From Octopus bimaculoides (Eukaryota): DNA of 61,759 bases. Made by a program: the position numbers and the translations under genes. Under the pieces are notes generated by a model, which made no database searches, was not told where the DNA came from, and saw nothing but the letters and a program-made list of their open reading frames with translations. Shown piece after piece: positions 12,090-25,304 of the stretch. The stretch lies in assembly GCF_001194135.2 (NCBI RefSeq), contig NC_068996.1, positions 35,212,911-35,274,669 on the forward strand, in the 5' to 3' direction. Numbering within the stretch: position 1 is the first letter of the stretch; each line of letters opens with the position of its first letter.

Positions 12090-13258
12090 TATATATCATA
12101 ATAAAAAAATGTAAAGCATATAGTTGCATACATAATGCAAAGTGAAAGCATTATCTGATATGTAATTCTATACTTCAGTGTAAAGGATCAGCAAACTTTT
12201 GAATCCCTGTGAATTCTAGAGGATTATAATTTTTTATTTAAGCTTAATCAAAAAACGAGATTATCTCATGATCTATACAAGATCATTGAGATTGATGGGT
12301 GATACGCAAGAGGAAACTAAATGAACCATGGTCTACTACTAACCACTACTTCAAACACTGTAAATAGCCCTGCTGAAAAGTTAACAACCACAAGTTGACT
12401 GGTCATCAATTAGGATAGCTTCCCATGGTGTTGCTCATGGGTAACTACTGACCAACACTTCAATCACTGTATATAACCTAATTGAAAATTAGTGGTCATA
12501 AGCAGACCTGCTTCAAGAAGGGCAGCCTCCTAAAGTGTTAATCACTCCAGGCCCTTATTTCTGGCAGTAGACCTGTATGTCAGATCCCCCTTCTATTCAT
12601 GCCTTATAAAACACAAAACTCTGGTATTATGAAATGGAAGATGCTATAGGATGCAACAAATTGAGGTATTAGGTTTATCTTCAGATCAGAGATATGATTT
12701 GAATGTTTGTAACACGATGAACTCTGTCAAAGGCACATCTTATGTGCTGGTTGGTGGTATTAACTATCGACAAATAGATGAAGTCTCTTGAATTAGAGCA
12801 AACTTCTAGTAATTCTTTCTAATTTTGGCACAAAGTCAGCAATTTTAAAGGGAAGGGGAAGTTAACTACATTAACTCCAGTACTTGACTGGTACTTATTT
12901 GATCAACCCCAAAAGGATGAAATTCAAACACAGAACATAAATGCTGCTAAGCATTTTATCCAGCAATAAGTTATCTTTAAACCTTAAGCTTCCAGATTAC
13001 CCTGTCAAATGTAATGCTTAGTTATTCAAATTGTTTTAAATTAATTATATATTATCTGATAGCTTTGCAATTTTGATTATGTGATTGTTATTTCTAGAAA
13101 AACATACATGTGTTAGAGAAGCTGGAACTGGCTGATTTGAATATAGAACAGGTAGAATATTTGAACAGCATATGACTGGTTTGAATGCTAAAATGCCAAC
13201 AAAAGACTATATGAATAATAAGCATGACAACACTAATTTCTCATCACAAAAGACTTAC

Positions 13259-15689
13259 CAGTGTCAACGCTGGTTGTTGAAATAAGAGAGGTAGGTCTGT
13301 TCTTCTCTCTGTGGCCATCTTGAAGATCTGCAGCTAATTGGTCACTGGTATGGAGATGCTCCATGTCAAGACTATTTTCCATTGAAGAACATTTATATCG
13401 ACCGAAGTCAGATATTCTACTGTCAACCATGATACCAGAATCAGTCATTATTGGTGGTGTTCTATCAGAGGTTATGTCACTGAACTGCGAATCCAAAGAG
13501 GATTTCATGTCCAAAGTTATATGACCACCATGAAGGCTGTTAACACCATGTTCCACTGCCTTTTCTATGTTTATTAGAAGTTTATTTTTCTTATCCTTAT
13601 TATTGGTTATAATAATTTCATCTTCCTCACTGCTACCTTTCTCACTTTCTGTACCCCTTTCAACAATATTACTTGCAAGTTCTTCCTCAAGTTGTTTGAT
13701 GAGCAACGCTTCAGACTCTGCCATTTTATTCTCAGTTAAAGCCAACTTAGAGTTTAGAGGAGATCCGCTTTCTAACTTTGATGTCAATTGCTTTTCATCT
13801 GTACTTGTTGCTAACGAACTAGATTCTGATGTTTTTTCAGAATCTATACGGAAACTGATCTCATCATCTGTATTTTCCAGTTCCCAGATGACTCCTGCCG
13901 GGTCAAGTTCTCTCTCTGCCTGGTAGAGTGATGATGTCAAGGAATTTGGTTTGTTTGATGCTGTCCTGACATTGCCACCGTTTTCAGCATCAAATGTAAA
14001 ATTGAAGTAAGTTCTACGGTCAGATTCCAGGTATTCCTTAACACAAGCACTGATTCCCATGTCGGCTTGGGTCGAGCCATTGTCTTTTTCCTCACTTATA
14101 GAACGCTCTTCAGGGAGACACAAGCTGTGATCAGAGGATTTTGAAGAGTGCTGGGGTGGTGGTGGTGGTGGTGAAGCATACAGCTGCTGCTGGGGAAGGG
14201 ATTGATGGTGTGGTGGTGGGGGATACTGTTGTTGATGGTGTGGTGGTTGGGGGTATTGCTGCTGATGGGGTGGAGGTGTTGGTATGAACTGCTGTTGCTG
14301 ATGCAGTGGCAGTGGTGGGTATTGTTGCTGCTGGGGTGGAGATGCGTATGGCTGCTGTTGTGGAGCTGGTGGGTACTGGTGTTGGTGTGGTGGCAGCGGA
14401 TATTGCTGGGATTGTTGTGGTGGTGGTGGTGGATATTGCTGCTGAGGGAGATACTGCTGTGGTTGAGGTGGTGGGTACTGCTGCTGATGAGGTGGGTACT
14501 GTTGTTGCTGAGGTGGGTAGTGGTGGCCAGAGTACTGGTGACCTGGCTGCTGTGTCTCGTGTAGATACAATTGTTGAGGAGGCAGCGATGACGTGTCGTA
14601 CTGTTGCTGAGGTGAAAAGTGCAGGCTTTGATGATGAGAGTGAGGTGAGCTGAACTGCTGATGCTGCTGCTGTGGCTGTTGGTACTGCTGCTGCTGGTAT
14701 TGGTGTGGAATTGAATTCCGCTGATATTGCTGAGGTTTGAACTGCTGTCCAGAGTATTGCTGCTGAGGCTGGTATTGCAACCGTGAGTAAGATTGCTGTT
14801 GGTCTGAATAAGATGAAGTTGTGCTGTTCTGTAGCTGTTGAGTGGACCCAGTTGTCCTGGATGAGTGCAATGGTATAGAATGGCCAGATGTATATGGAGA
14901 TGAAGATTCACATTCCTTTGACACAGCCTTCAGTTGTTGAGACTGAGAAGGTGATTTAGATTGGTTCTGAATGTGTTGTGATTGAACATATGAATTTGGT
15001 GAACCATGGGACTTCAAGAACTGCTGCCAAGGTGTATGATGGTCAGAGTTGTCATGACCTTTGTTAGCAAGCGATGGATGAGTTTCCAAAAGGTTAACTT
15101 GATTTTCCAGAGAATGTGTTTCTGACAAATTTTGGTCTTGAATTTGTGGTTTTGTTTTCCTCCAAAAATTCACATTTCCCCCCTCACTCCGACGCTTTAC
15201 TGGATAATCTTCTTCGTGATTTTCTATATTTGTCACAGACTGGTCTTTCTGTAGCTCATTGTTTCTCTCATCATTTACGCTTGATTCTTTGACCTTTGCC
15301 CATGTTGTGAGAGGCTTACTCGGAATCACACGCTCAACCTTATCAATTGGAGCAAAAATACCGTGGAACTTTTTACAGGTAAAATACCTGACGTCTTCAA
15401 TTTTACCATTATGGGATCCTTCAGGTAACTCTAGTTCAATACCACACCACAAACCATCTGATACATGTAGTTTACCAAAATACAAAAGCGTGCCGTGCTT
15501 TTGGCTACTGATGCATACTCGATCTCCGATATTGAACTGCTTTGAGGTATTTGGCTTTTCATCAACAGCAGTGTTTGTTTTGTATGAATTGGTTTCCTGT
15601 TGTGCTGTTTTAGAATATACCTTAGGTGCCGGAATAAGGGACTGTCTTAGTTTCCGTGAGGCATCCAGTTTATCAGGTAATTGGAAAGC
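13259..15689 (-). CDS. Large internal coding exon of a CAP-Gly domain-containing (CLIP/restin-like) protein, 810 codons + 1 nt
   Basis: Lies within the 820-aa ORF 13233-15695. On the minus strand the acceptor is catttcttttctttgcag|GCT TTC CAA (phase 0, exon starts at 15689) and the donor is GAC ACT G|GTAAGT (phase 1, exon ends at 13259). The translation contains a recognisable CAP-Gly domain, a Q/P/Y-rich block and an acidic Ser-rich C-terminal part. Confidence 0.92.
14150..14810 (-). repeat. Coding low-complexity repeat region encoding (QQQYPPP)-like units
   Basis: Many imperfect 7-10 aa units (QQQYPPQ, QQQYPPH, QQQYPPP) built from CAG/CAA/TAC/CCA/CCT codons. The frame stays open throughout. 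Confidence 0.9.
15333..15536 (-). other. CAP-Gly domain (FNIGDRVCIS...GTLLYFG...GLWCGIELELPEGSHNGKIEDVRYFTCKKFHGIFAPIDKV)
   Basis: Matches the CAP-Gly pattern G-D-R-V, G-x-L-x-Y-x-G, W-x-G-I-E-L, Y-F-x-C, H-G-I-F. The canonical GKNDG motif reads GSHNG (GGATCCCATAATGGT, 15405-15419). Confidence 0.93.
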
Positions 15690-15901
15690 CTGCAAAGAAA
15701 AGAAATGTGTAACAAATCATTAATTTATAATATAAAAAACAAAAATTAAAAAAAATAAATTATTCTGTTAGATGAATAGCACAGTGAAGCGATGAATGAA
15801 AATATATTTATAGAATGCTACACTGAGTTACAATGGCTGCAAGTCAGAAAGGGTATATAGTAGAGTTGTGAAAACGATAAATTAAATATGAAGTACTGAT
15901 C

Positions 15902-15908
15902 ACACATG

Positions 15909-15954
<46 letters not shown>

Positions 15955-16300
15955 TACGTACATATATATATACACATACATATATATATGCACATATACA
16001 TACACATATATATACATAGATATGCACATATATATATATATGCATATATACACACATGCATATATACACATGCATATATACACACATGCATATATATATA
16101 TATACATGCATATATACACACATATATATATGCATACAAATACACACACATATATATATATATACAAATATATATAAACATACATAAACACATATATGCA
16201 TATATATACATACATTATTCATACATGCATATATATGCATTCATATATACATACACACATATGTACATACACATACATGCACACACACACACACACATAC
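15902..16300. repeat. Compound (TA/CA/TG) microsatellite field
   Basis: Direct reading. Source of the spurious YIYI/HTHT ORFs. Confidence 0.95.
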
Positions 16301-17183
16301 ATTATTATTATTGTTAGCTCGATATAAAGCTCGACCACATCAGTGTGTATGATATTCAGTTCTGGCACGACATCTAATGTGGCTTTTCAAACTAGACATA
16401 CTTTAAAAAGATATCCACATAAATTGAATGCTAATTTTGACACAACTTGAACTGCCCTGTATTATCTGACCTTAAAGGATCTTCAAATATTTCTTGAGGT
16501 GATTTTGAGATTTGCAAATGCTGTGGCATATGTGACATTTTCTATAATCAGTAGGAACTACTCTATTGTCTGTTTTTATGTGAGATTTAAGTCTTGTGTC
16601 AGACAGGTAGATTTCGCCACAAAATGTACAAGTAGAAAAAGTTCCATCAAGCTCATATTCCCTTAGTGGCAGGTTTTCTTTTGCTTTTGTCTTATTTTTA
16701 CTTATTTTACCTCTTGATATTTACCTGTTTTCACACCATCCCACCTTCCTACAAACATTTACATTTATAAATATGCATGCATGTCCTCCTCACCCTCTTT
16801 ACTTGACAACTGATGTTGCCACCCTCAGGAAAAGTGTGCCCTTCTAAATTTATTACATCTTTTTCTCCTAGAACTGCATTCCTCTCTGACCTTGTGCTCT
16901 CTCTTCCAAAAATTGCTGGAAGCACGAATGTTGAACAAGTATCTGCTATAGCCTTAGACTGACCAAAGGCATGTGAGTACATTTGGTAGACAGAAATTGT
17001 GTGGAAACGTATTATTCCTGTGTGGGAATGGGGGGGGGGAGTGTAGTTACATCTATGTTTGGAAGCTTTTGAATTCGTATTTCAGTATGGGCTGTAATCT
17101 AATGACTGGAAAAGAATACAAGACGCACTCACACGCATATATAAAATACACACATTTAGATACATACATGTATAGGGGGTGTG

Positions 17184-17219
<36 letters not shown>

Positions 17220-18034
17220 TTCAAATATACCCACACAAATATACGCATGCGCAAGTGTATTTATAGATTTAAATTTGTTTCAAAACCAATTTTAAAATTT
17301 TTGTTTTAATAACCAGTAAGAATTTAAAAATTGATTTAATGAATGTAATCCCATTACAGGATTAATCTTAACATTTGAGAGGAAACAAAAGTAACTTAAA
17401 TCATATTCGAACTCCGATCTAGATGACAAACTTTAAAACAATAATATAGTGTGTAGGTGTGGTACTGTATGTGTATAACCGTGTCATTCTTGAGTTACTG
17501 TTCTTAGTAATTTCTTGTGTAGATTTCCTCCCCTACGAAAGAGGAGAAAAAATAAATAAATAAAATAAACTACAGAACAAAGGGAGCTAACAAATTTCTG
17601 AGGTGTATTTGTCATTCACAGTTTCCTTCTACTGAAGGGAACTTATAAAGAATACCTTTAAACTAATACCAGCATTGAAAAAAAAAAAAAACCCCAAAAA
17701 AAACAGAAAAGTGTAGTGAAGTGGAGTAAGCATAAGGATATGGCCTAAACAAAGTTTTAGTAAACTCTACAGACTAGATAATTTTATTATAGATAATGTA
17801 CAATATTGCCGTGTAATATTTACTATTTATAACTTACACTTTATCCAGCAAAAAGATATGTATCTATATCAGATATATTTTTAAATATGCATGTCATACT
17901 GAAAATAATTATTTTTTAAATGAATAAAAATATATATATATATATATAAATTTCCTAAAGAAGAACTAAAAAAAATTAACATCAAGTATCTTTCATTTAT
18001 TTTTTAATATTCTTTTTCTACTATCAAACTGGCC

Positions 18035-18412
18035 CCTAGTATTGGCTGCGTGAAAAGAAATTTGCTTCTCAACCACATGGTTCTGGGTTTAGTAACACTG
18101 CATGGCACCTTGAGCAAGTGTCTTCTACTTATAGCCTCGGGCCAATCAAAGTCTTGTGAGTAGATTTGGTAGACGAAACTGAAAGAAGCCTGTTGTGTGT
18201 GTATGTGTGTGTGTGTGTGTGCCCCACAGTTGCTTGACAACTGGTGTTAGTTTGTTTACACTCCCTGTAACTCGGCAGGTCAGTAAAGGAGACTGATAGA
18301 ATAAGTAACAGGCTTAAAAAAAGGTACTGGGGTCAATTTGTTCAACTAAAACCTCTTTGGGGTGGTGCCCCAGCATGACCACCACCTAATAACTAAAACA
18401 AATAAAAGATAA
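18035..18412 (+). mobile_element. Family A SINE
   Basis: Collinear with the reverse complement of 54559-54958. Confidence 0.85.
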
Positions 18413-18509
18413 ATACGTATATCCTCTGAAATGTACAGTATTATCCACAGATAATAATTAACAGATATACGATTTTTTTCTGACTTATGGACTCTCAGAT
18501 GACTTACCT

Positions 18510-18770
18510 CATCATCATCATTTAACGTCCGCTTTCCATGCTAGTATGGGTTGGACGATTTGACTGGGGACTGGCGAACCAGATGGCTACACCAGGCTCC
18601 AATCTGATTTGGCAGAGTTTCTACAGCTGGATGCCCTTCCTAACACCAACCACTCCGAGAGTGTAGTGGATGCTTTTACGTACCTCTGGCACGAGGACCA
18701 GTTCAGCGGTACTGGCAACGGCCATGCTCAAATGATGTTTTTTATGTGCCATCTGCACAGGAGCCAGTCC
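18510..18770 (-). mobile_element. RTE 3'UTR fragment
   Basis: Highly similar to 1718-1960 (catcatcatttaacgtccgctttccatgctag...). Confidence 0.85.
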
Positions 18771-18931
18771 ACACACACACACACACACACATGTATGTGT
18801 GTGTATGTAGGAAGGTAGATAGAGTTTTGCTTGGAAAACATTTACATGGAGCACACACAACTCAAGCTCAACTGTGTTTATCTACTTAATATCTCCATAG
18901 TCACTTTTAATTAATTGAGTGATTAACTGAT

Positions 18932-19234
18932 GCATGTATTGGAGTCACGCATGTATTGGAGTCACGCATGTATTGGAGTCAAGCATGTATTGGAGTCAAG
19001 CATGTATTGGAGTCAAGCATGTATTGGAGTCAAGCATGTATTGGAGTCAAGCATGTATTGGAGTCAAGCATGTATTGGAGTCAAGCATGTATTGGAGTCA
19101 AGCATGTATTGGAGTCAAGCATGTATTGGAGTCAAGCATGTATTGGAGTCAAGCATGTATTGGAGTCAAGCATGTATTGGAGTCAAGCATGTATTGGAGT
19201 CAAGCATGTATTGGAGTCAAGCATGTATTGGAGT
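18932..19234 (+). repeat. 17-bp minisatellite (GCATGTATTGGAGTCAA), about 18 copies
   Basis: 303 bp / 17 = 17.8 units. The first two units end CAC, the last ends GAC and the internal units are identical. This explains the 17-aa periodic ORFs at 18930-19280. Confidence 0.97.
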
Positions 19235-19480
19235 GACATCTGTATATATGTATGTGACTCCTTATCTTGACCTTGCATGATAGTTGTAAAATCATTGTCA
19301 TACAAGTAACATCATTTATTTCCACTATTCTGCAAGAACATGTCTAACCATGAGAAAATATTACCTTGCCTGGAAACAGGTGAGGGTTGGCAACAGGAAG
19401 GGTATCCAGCCATAGAAAATCTCCTTCAATAAACTCCGTCCAACCCATGCAAGAATGAACTACTGGATGTTAAAATGACA
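19218..19480 (+). mobile_element. SINE-like element whose 5' part contains the minisatellite monomer
   Basis: The body (gaaaatattaccttgcctggaaacaggtgagggttggc...) recurs in reverse at ~23010-23115 and ~24905-25010 and shares its terminal block with the RTE 3' ends. Confidence 0.65.
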
Positions 19481-19574
19481 TTGATGCTGATCCCACAAAG
19501 TTAAGAAGTTTTTATGCTAACCTAAAATATTAATTAAGTTTATAAAATAAACAGGGAAATGATTAAAACTAACA

Positions 19575-19945
19575 GTATATACAAAGACCTGTCAAGCCAA
19601 GTGAAATCATAGTCATGGTCGATGCCGGTGTCACGTAACAAGCACCCATGCCAGTGGCACATAAAAAGCACCTTTTGAACGTTGGGTCTCACAGAGGCAA
19701 TGGTAAGTGACTGAGACCTTTGGTGATATGCCATGCTTGAGAAGACTCATCACACCAAGTGAAATCATAGTTGAGGCTGATGCTGGTGTCATGTAATTGG
19801 CACCCATGCTGGTGGTACATAAAAAGCATCTATTATACTCTTGGAGTGGTTGGTGTTAGGACGGGCATCTAATCATAGAAACCATACCGAATCAGATTGG
19901 AACCTGGTGCAGCTCTCCAGCTTATTAGTTTTGTTAAACCATCTA
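19575..19945 (+). mobile_element. RTE 3'UTR fragments
   Basis: Two partial copies of the gaaatcatagtc...ggcacataaaaagcacc block. Confidence 0.7.
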
Positions 19946-20120
19946 ACCAAAAGATTAAATGCTTCATAGCAGCAGTTTGTTCATTCACATTCTGAGTTCA
20001 AATCCCTCTAGCCTCACCTATGTTAGCCTTTATCCATTTAGACCCAGAAAAATATGTACCAAACATATATTAAGAGTGTGATTACAACTGTCAGTAAATC
20101 CAATAGTCTACAGATTTATG

Positions 20121-20153
20121 AGAAATCAATATTTCCGAGAAATATTGATTTCT
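20121..20153. repeat. Perfect 15-bp hairpin with a 3-nt loop
   Basis: agaaatcaatatttc-cga-gaaatattgatttct. Confidence 0.9.
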
Positions 20154-20642
20154 TTTCGTTATGTCGCTGGCCAATCTTTCATAAATTGGATCTATTCCAA
20201 TTTGTTTTTGGCACACTTTTTTATATTTTCTAACCAACTAACTCCCACCACCAATAAATAAAGAAAAGAGAGCCACAAGAATCCAACCTTTCATTGACTC
20301 CTCAATTACTGATACCTGCATGACCTTACTACTGCCTCATACACAGATGTCATCACAGTCACATCATCCCAACATAAATCAGACACAGCAGCACAATTAT
20401 TCTATCCAATCTCTCAGAAATCTGACTCCAAATTGATTAAGAATAGCACTGAAGGTTACCCAATTTGCTAGAAATAGCAGGTTGTTTTTTTCTTAAACAA
20501 GCAGTTCCCAAACTCATTTTGAAACAGAACTCTTATGATTTGTCAAAAATTGTGGACCCTATACTAATAATTTACAGACAACTCCATCCCCATTACATTG
20601 CTTCCCTTAATAAGACATTACATGGAATAGCCATCTATGTAG

Positions 20643-21105
20643 TTAACTTTTTGGCATTGAAACTGGCCATATCAGGCCAAATATTCTACCTGTTCTATGT
20701 TCAAACTGACCAGATCAAACCTCTCACACTTACCCTATGATGTCATTCTAAAAAATGTAGAATAACATCAGGAAAATCTCAAAGCTACAAAATAATGTGA
20801 GACTGATTCAAAACAATGTGAATAAATAAGCATTACATTTGACAGAGTAAACTGAATGCTAAAAGGTTATAATATTTATATCTCTTTAACATTTAAGCCA
20901 ACCATATTCAACCCAAATATTCTACCTGTTTTATGTTCAATCAGGCCAGATCCAACCTCTCACACCTACCCTACAATATCAGTCTAAAAATAAACAATTA
21001 CACCATTGAAATCTCAAAGCTACAAGATAATGCAAGATTGATTCAAAACAAGATGAATAAATAAGCATTACATTTGACAGAGGAATCTGTTTGCAAAAGG
21101 GTTAA
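20643..21105 (+). mobile_element. Two tandem copies of a ~220-bp TTAA-flanked (piggyBac-like) MITE; related copies at ~2744-2857 (+) and ~12975-13195 (-)
   Basis: Shared body caaatattctacctgtt...gaataaataagcattacatttgacagag. Termini resemble ttaaccctttag / aaagggttaa. Confidence 0.55.
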
Positions 21106-22799
21106 AGTATATTCACTATTGATAGGCCAATTACTGCAGTTTTCATCTGAGATAAAATCTCATAGATGTGCTGTGTTTAAAAAATTACAATATATATCAG
21201 GAGAATGCCAAGACAATTGTTTTGTCTCCCTTCAATATATATTGTTTTTAAATATATGTCTATATATGTCTATCTTGGATGAAAACTGCAGTAACTTGCC
21301 TATCAATGCTGTATATACATTAACTATGTTACAGAGTAGACTATTTTAATTTAGTACTGCTTCAAATGCATACACTGGGTTACATTAAGTGAAATTAAAA
21401 TTATTTTAAGGAGATATTTTTCATATCAGAAGTCATATAGTAATTACTTTTGAAAATGGTGGATACCATGATTTTTTATCAAATAGATTTTTTTTTTAAA
21501 AGAGGCCTTCAGTTGGTGTACCAAATATTTTTTTAATGAAACTGGGGAGGGTATTCTTGAATGTACTGTCTTAAATCACACCTTGTTGCTGTCTTTGGAA
21601 AGTGAGGGAGAATTGTTCAGTCTTACTCTAAATGAAAAAACGAGTTGGTAAGGACTAGGATGCTTTGGGGTTTGTCAACCAGAGCAGGTTTAGGGATAAA
21701 CAACTACAACTAAGACCTGAACAACAGTAGCAACAACATTTTTTTTTTTTTGTGTGTGTGTTTGATCCTTAGCAAGATCAAAGTGTGTCTCACACACAGC
21801 AAAACAACCCCCAGTAAAACACAAAAAAACCCACTTTCCTACAAGATATAGTAATGAAGGTAAAACACAAACATACTTAGAACAATAACAGGCACCACAT
21901 TAATTCAAACAGAAACAGCAACAACGATGTCAAACAATGTATTACAACCATGTAGGATGTCAGGGGTCAGGTAGGAACAACATTCTCTGTGTATTGCAAT
22001 AAATTAAACTGTATCCAGTAGTGAGGGTTGAATCCTGGAGCTGTGGGGAGCATTGAATCAATCATTAATTACTATTATGCACAGGTCCATTCTGGCCTGG
22101 AATGGTAGTATGTGTCAGGATCCCATCTATGAGTTAAATAGATTTCCCAGGGGTAAAGGAGGCTCTTGTTATTTTTGACAAAGCTGTTGATTGGGCAGCT
22201 CTTCAAGGAGAAAAAAATACTTTGATGTAAAATTCAGTCAAAATAGTATCAGTCTTCTTGCAATAGAACCTACTATGATGACCAAAAGAGTGGTAAAAAT
22301 GTACAAGCTTTTGTTACTTAAACACAACAATGCACAAATGTTACACTACCATTTAATTTCATGATCTGTTTTGTAATTTTATAAAGTCTTACGGCAATGG
22401 ATGTATGGCATGAAAAGTCATACCTGTGCACATGCAGGGATTAAAGTAAACTGGAATAATCAGGCTGAATGAAACAGCTACCATCTGACAAGATAGATGA
22501 GCAATCATCATAAGGAATGATATGAATCAATGGATTATGTCATGCCTACCTGGCCCTTTACAAGAAATTTTATCCAGTTCTCTACTGATTCTTCCATCTA
22601 CAATCCTTAGACTAACAATAATTTCTTACTGAGGTACAAAATGGCCGAGTTTGAGAGAGATGTGTCATTAACTGAATGGCACCTGTTCTTGATTGATTAT
22701 CATTTTTTTTAATGTCCACTTATCCCATGTGAGCATTGATAAGGGGACATAAAGCCACGTTCCCCTCTATTCTGGCCCCACAGGGATCTTGGTCTTTCA

Positions 22800-23000
22800 A
22801 GTTATATGACTCACTAGTGCCAGTGCCACATAAAAAGCACCAAGTACACACTGTAAAGCAGTTGGCATTAGAATAAAAAGGGGGATCCAGTCATAGAAGC
22901 CATGCCAAAGTAGACACTGGAGAACAATGCAGTCTCTGGGCCGGTGTGATCCAAGCAAACAATCCAACCCATACCAGCATGCAATATGGATGTTAAACGA
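22800..23000 (+). mobile_element. RTE 3'UTR fragment abutting an oppositely oriented SINE tail (to ~23115)
   Basis: gtgccacataaaaagcacc...tggatgttaaacgatgatgatg, followed by the reverse complement of the 19330-19430 block. Confidence 0.65.
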
Positions 23001-23989
23001 TGATGATGACAATGCATAGGCCAGACAGAATTTGCTGAGGTAGGTTTTCTGATTTTCCCTAGACTGATGCCCTTCCCATCACCAAAGCTCACCTATTTAC
23101 AAGCAAGGTAATATTTCCCTATAGTTGTGCTGTTAAACTCAAGGTATTTTGGTTATTAGTCTCAAGATTTTAACATGTCAACCTTCAACTGATTTCTGGT
23201 AAGCTCAAACCAAGTTATTTGTACTATTAACAAACAAAAGATGAAAGCTGTTCTATCTATTACAAGACAGTGTAATAATAAACATTCTTTTATAATTTAA
23301 ATGAAGCATAATATGTGAAATCATAATGAACAACTGACTAGCTGCCTGCTGAAACTACCAACAGATATATTAAGTTAACAGGTACACGAGAATAACATGT
23401 ATGCTTGAGCACACACACACACACACACAAACATTCATAAATATATAGGCACATTTACACACATGCACAACACGTTCCTAAACATACAAGCATAGGTACA
23501 AACACACACACAAGCATTCCTAGACATACAGGCATATGTACATGCACAAATACAAATATTCATAAACATATAGGCTTATGTGCATGTACGAACTCAAACA
23601 CATACACAAAAACATACATAAACACAAACATGTATACACACATACACAAACATATCAAGACACACATACACAAACATATCAAGACACACAGGCACATGTG
23701 CATGTACACACACACAGAGAACATATAGAAGTATCCAGACACAAGGAAGTGAATGTGCACACATGTACATACAATTCATATGTGAACGCATGTACACAGC
23801 CATACAGGCATATGAGCACAAATGCAAGCATCTGTACACATACATACACGCACACACACATTTTAAACATTTGAAGAGTGGAGTTACATGGTAGCTCTAC
23901 ATATACACTAAATGTAGAATATGTGTAAAGGTTGGGTAGAAATGAGGCCAGCATGCTTTGCTGGGTCTGTAATGTTTGTACGAATGAAG

Positions 23990-24370
23990 AAGAATGAACG
24001 AAAAACTGGGTATAAGAGGAATGAGATGTAGTGTGTAAGAGAGAAGACTGAAGTGGTAGATGTATGTGATGTGTATGGAGGATGACAGTTGGGTAAAGAA
24101 GTACCTAGTGATCCATGGGGAATGACCATGTGGGAGAAGATGACATGGGAAGAAATAAGTCTGATTTCATGGTGTGGAATCTCACCAAAGAGTTTATGAA
24201 GGATCACAAGTGGCAGGATGCTGTGGGAAAGAAGATTTGTACAACCCATACAAGCATGGAAAAACAGATGTAAAAATGGAAATGATGATGATTGATGATA
24301 ACAATGATGCTGATGACAATAACGATGATTACAATGATAATAATGACAATGATGATAATGATGATGAAAG
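23990..24370 (+). mobile_element. Decayed RTE 3' end (short-UTR subfamily); a related fragment lies at ~25420-25550
   Basis: gggtataagaggaatgagatgtagtgtgtaagagagaagactgaagtgg resembles the GIRG-RC-VQERRLRW-coding block. Ends in a (GAT/AAT)n tail. Confidence 0.6.
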
Positions 24371-25242
24371 AAAGAGAGTTTAACAAGAGGTGAATGGAAG
24401 TGGGGAACCTTTATTATTCAGCAGCAGCAATATCAAAACAACCCCACTCCTGCCTCTAAGTAAACACTTGCAGCATTGATGTGTATAGAGCTGCTTCTCA
24501 GTGATGGTCATGCTTGGCTGAATGAAGCCAAATCATCTGAAAGCTATACACGTGTGCTGTGAGTGTGCATCTGTGTAACATAACAGTTGCCATCACTTAA
24601 CCTTTCACAACTGTATTATCCTGTATTTGCACAGCACTTTGTAACAACAATCAGTCAAGCATGAAAGCACAAACAGATATGGTTCTGTGCATAGGAAAAG
24701 AAAAAAATGTTAGTTGTGCATTTCTGTATATAAGTCCAATCCATCTGAATTTTGTGCATATATTATACATCTATGTCAATTATATGTATATATATCCTTG
24801 CATACACATGCATGTGTGTGCGTATATGTACATACATGCTCACACATATACATACAATTTACACACACACACACACACATATATANNNNNNNNNNATATA
24901 TATACCAATATCATCATCAGTTAATGTCCACTTTTCTATATTTGCATGGGTCAAACAGAATTTGTGGAGGTTGATTTTCTACAGTCAGATGGTCAATTTC
25001 CACAGAAGACTGGAAACAAATTCACTTGTATGAATTGCGTACTAACACACGCACGCACATGATTGCTATTCCTAAACATGTAAGGGTTTCGAAACCCTCT
25101 CAGTTCTAATTGTGACTTGTTCATAATTATAAACATTCTTCTTCTATGTATTTTATGATAACATGTTTGGCCATTGATATATTCATAAATAATTATTGTT
25201 TATAATATATCATCCGTAATGTATTATTACATTACTTTTTAA

Positions 25243-25304
<62 letters not shown>

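Noticed and set aside
12466-12478. Acceptor aattttcaattag|GT TAT ATA CAG TGA as the next exon (DTG-YIQ*)
   Set aside because: Weak polypyrimidine tract and an immediate stop, with no other support.
14096-14911. Alternative-frame and antisense ORFs over the Q/P/Y region (14096-14911 -, 14202-14564 +, 14306-14653 +, 13567-13926 +, 15259-15723 +)
   Set aside because: These are shadows of the real exon. The low-complexity codons lack stops in other frames.
17420-17532. Strong minus-strand acceptor (ttttttctcctctttcgtag at 17533) with 37 open codons in phase 0
   Set aside because: No good phase-0 donor before the stop codon.
18930-19280. ORFs with a 17-aa period, and the CRISPR-like regularity of this region
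   Set aside because: A pure 17-bp tandem repeat without spacers; three units give 17 codons.
25083-25098. 16-bp perfect palindrome agggtttcgaaaccct
   Set aside because: Short, with no hammerhead core or TSD context; could be chance.
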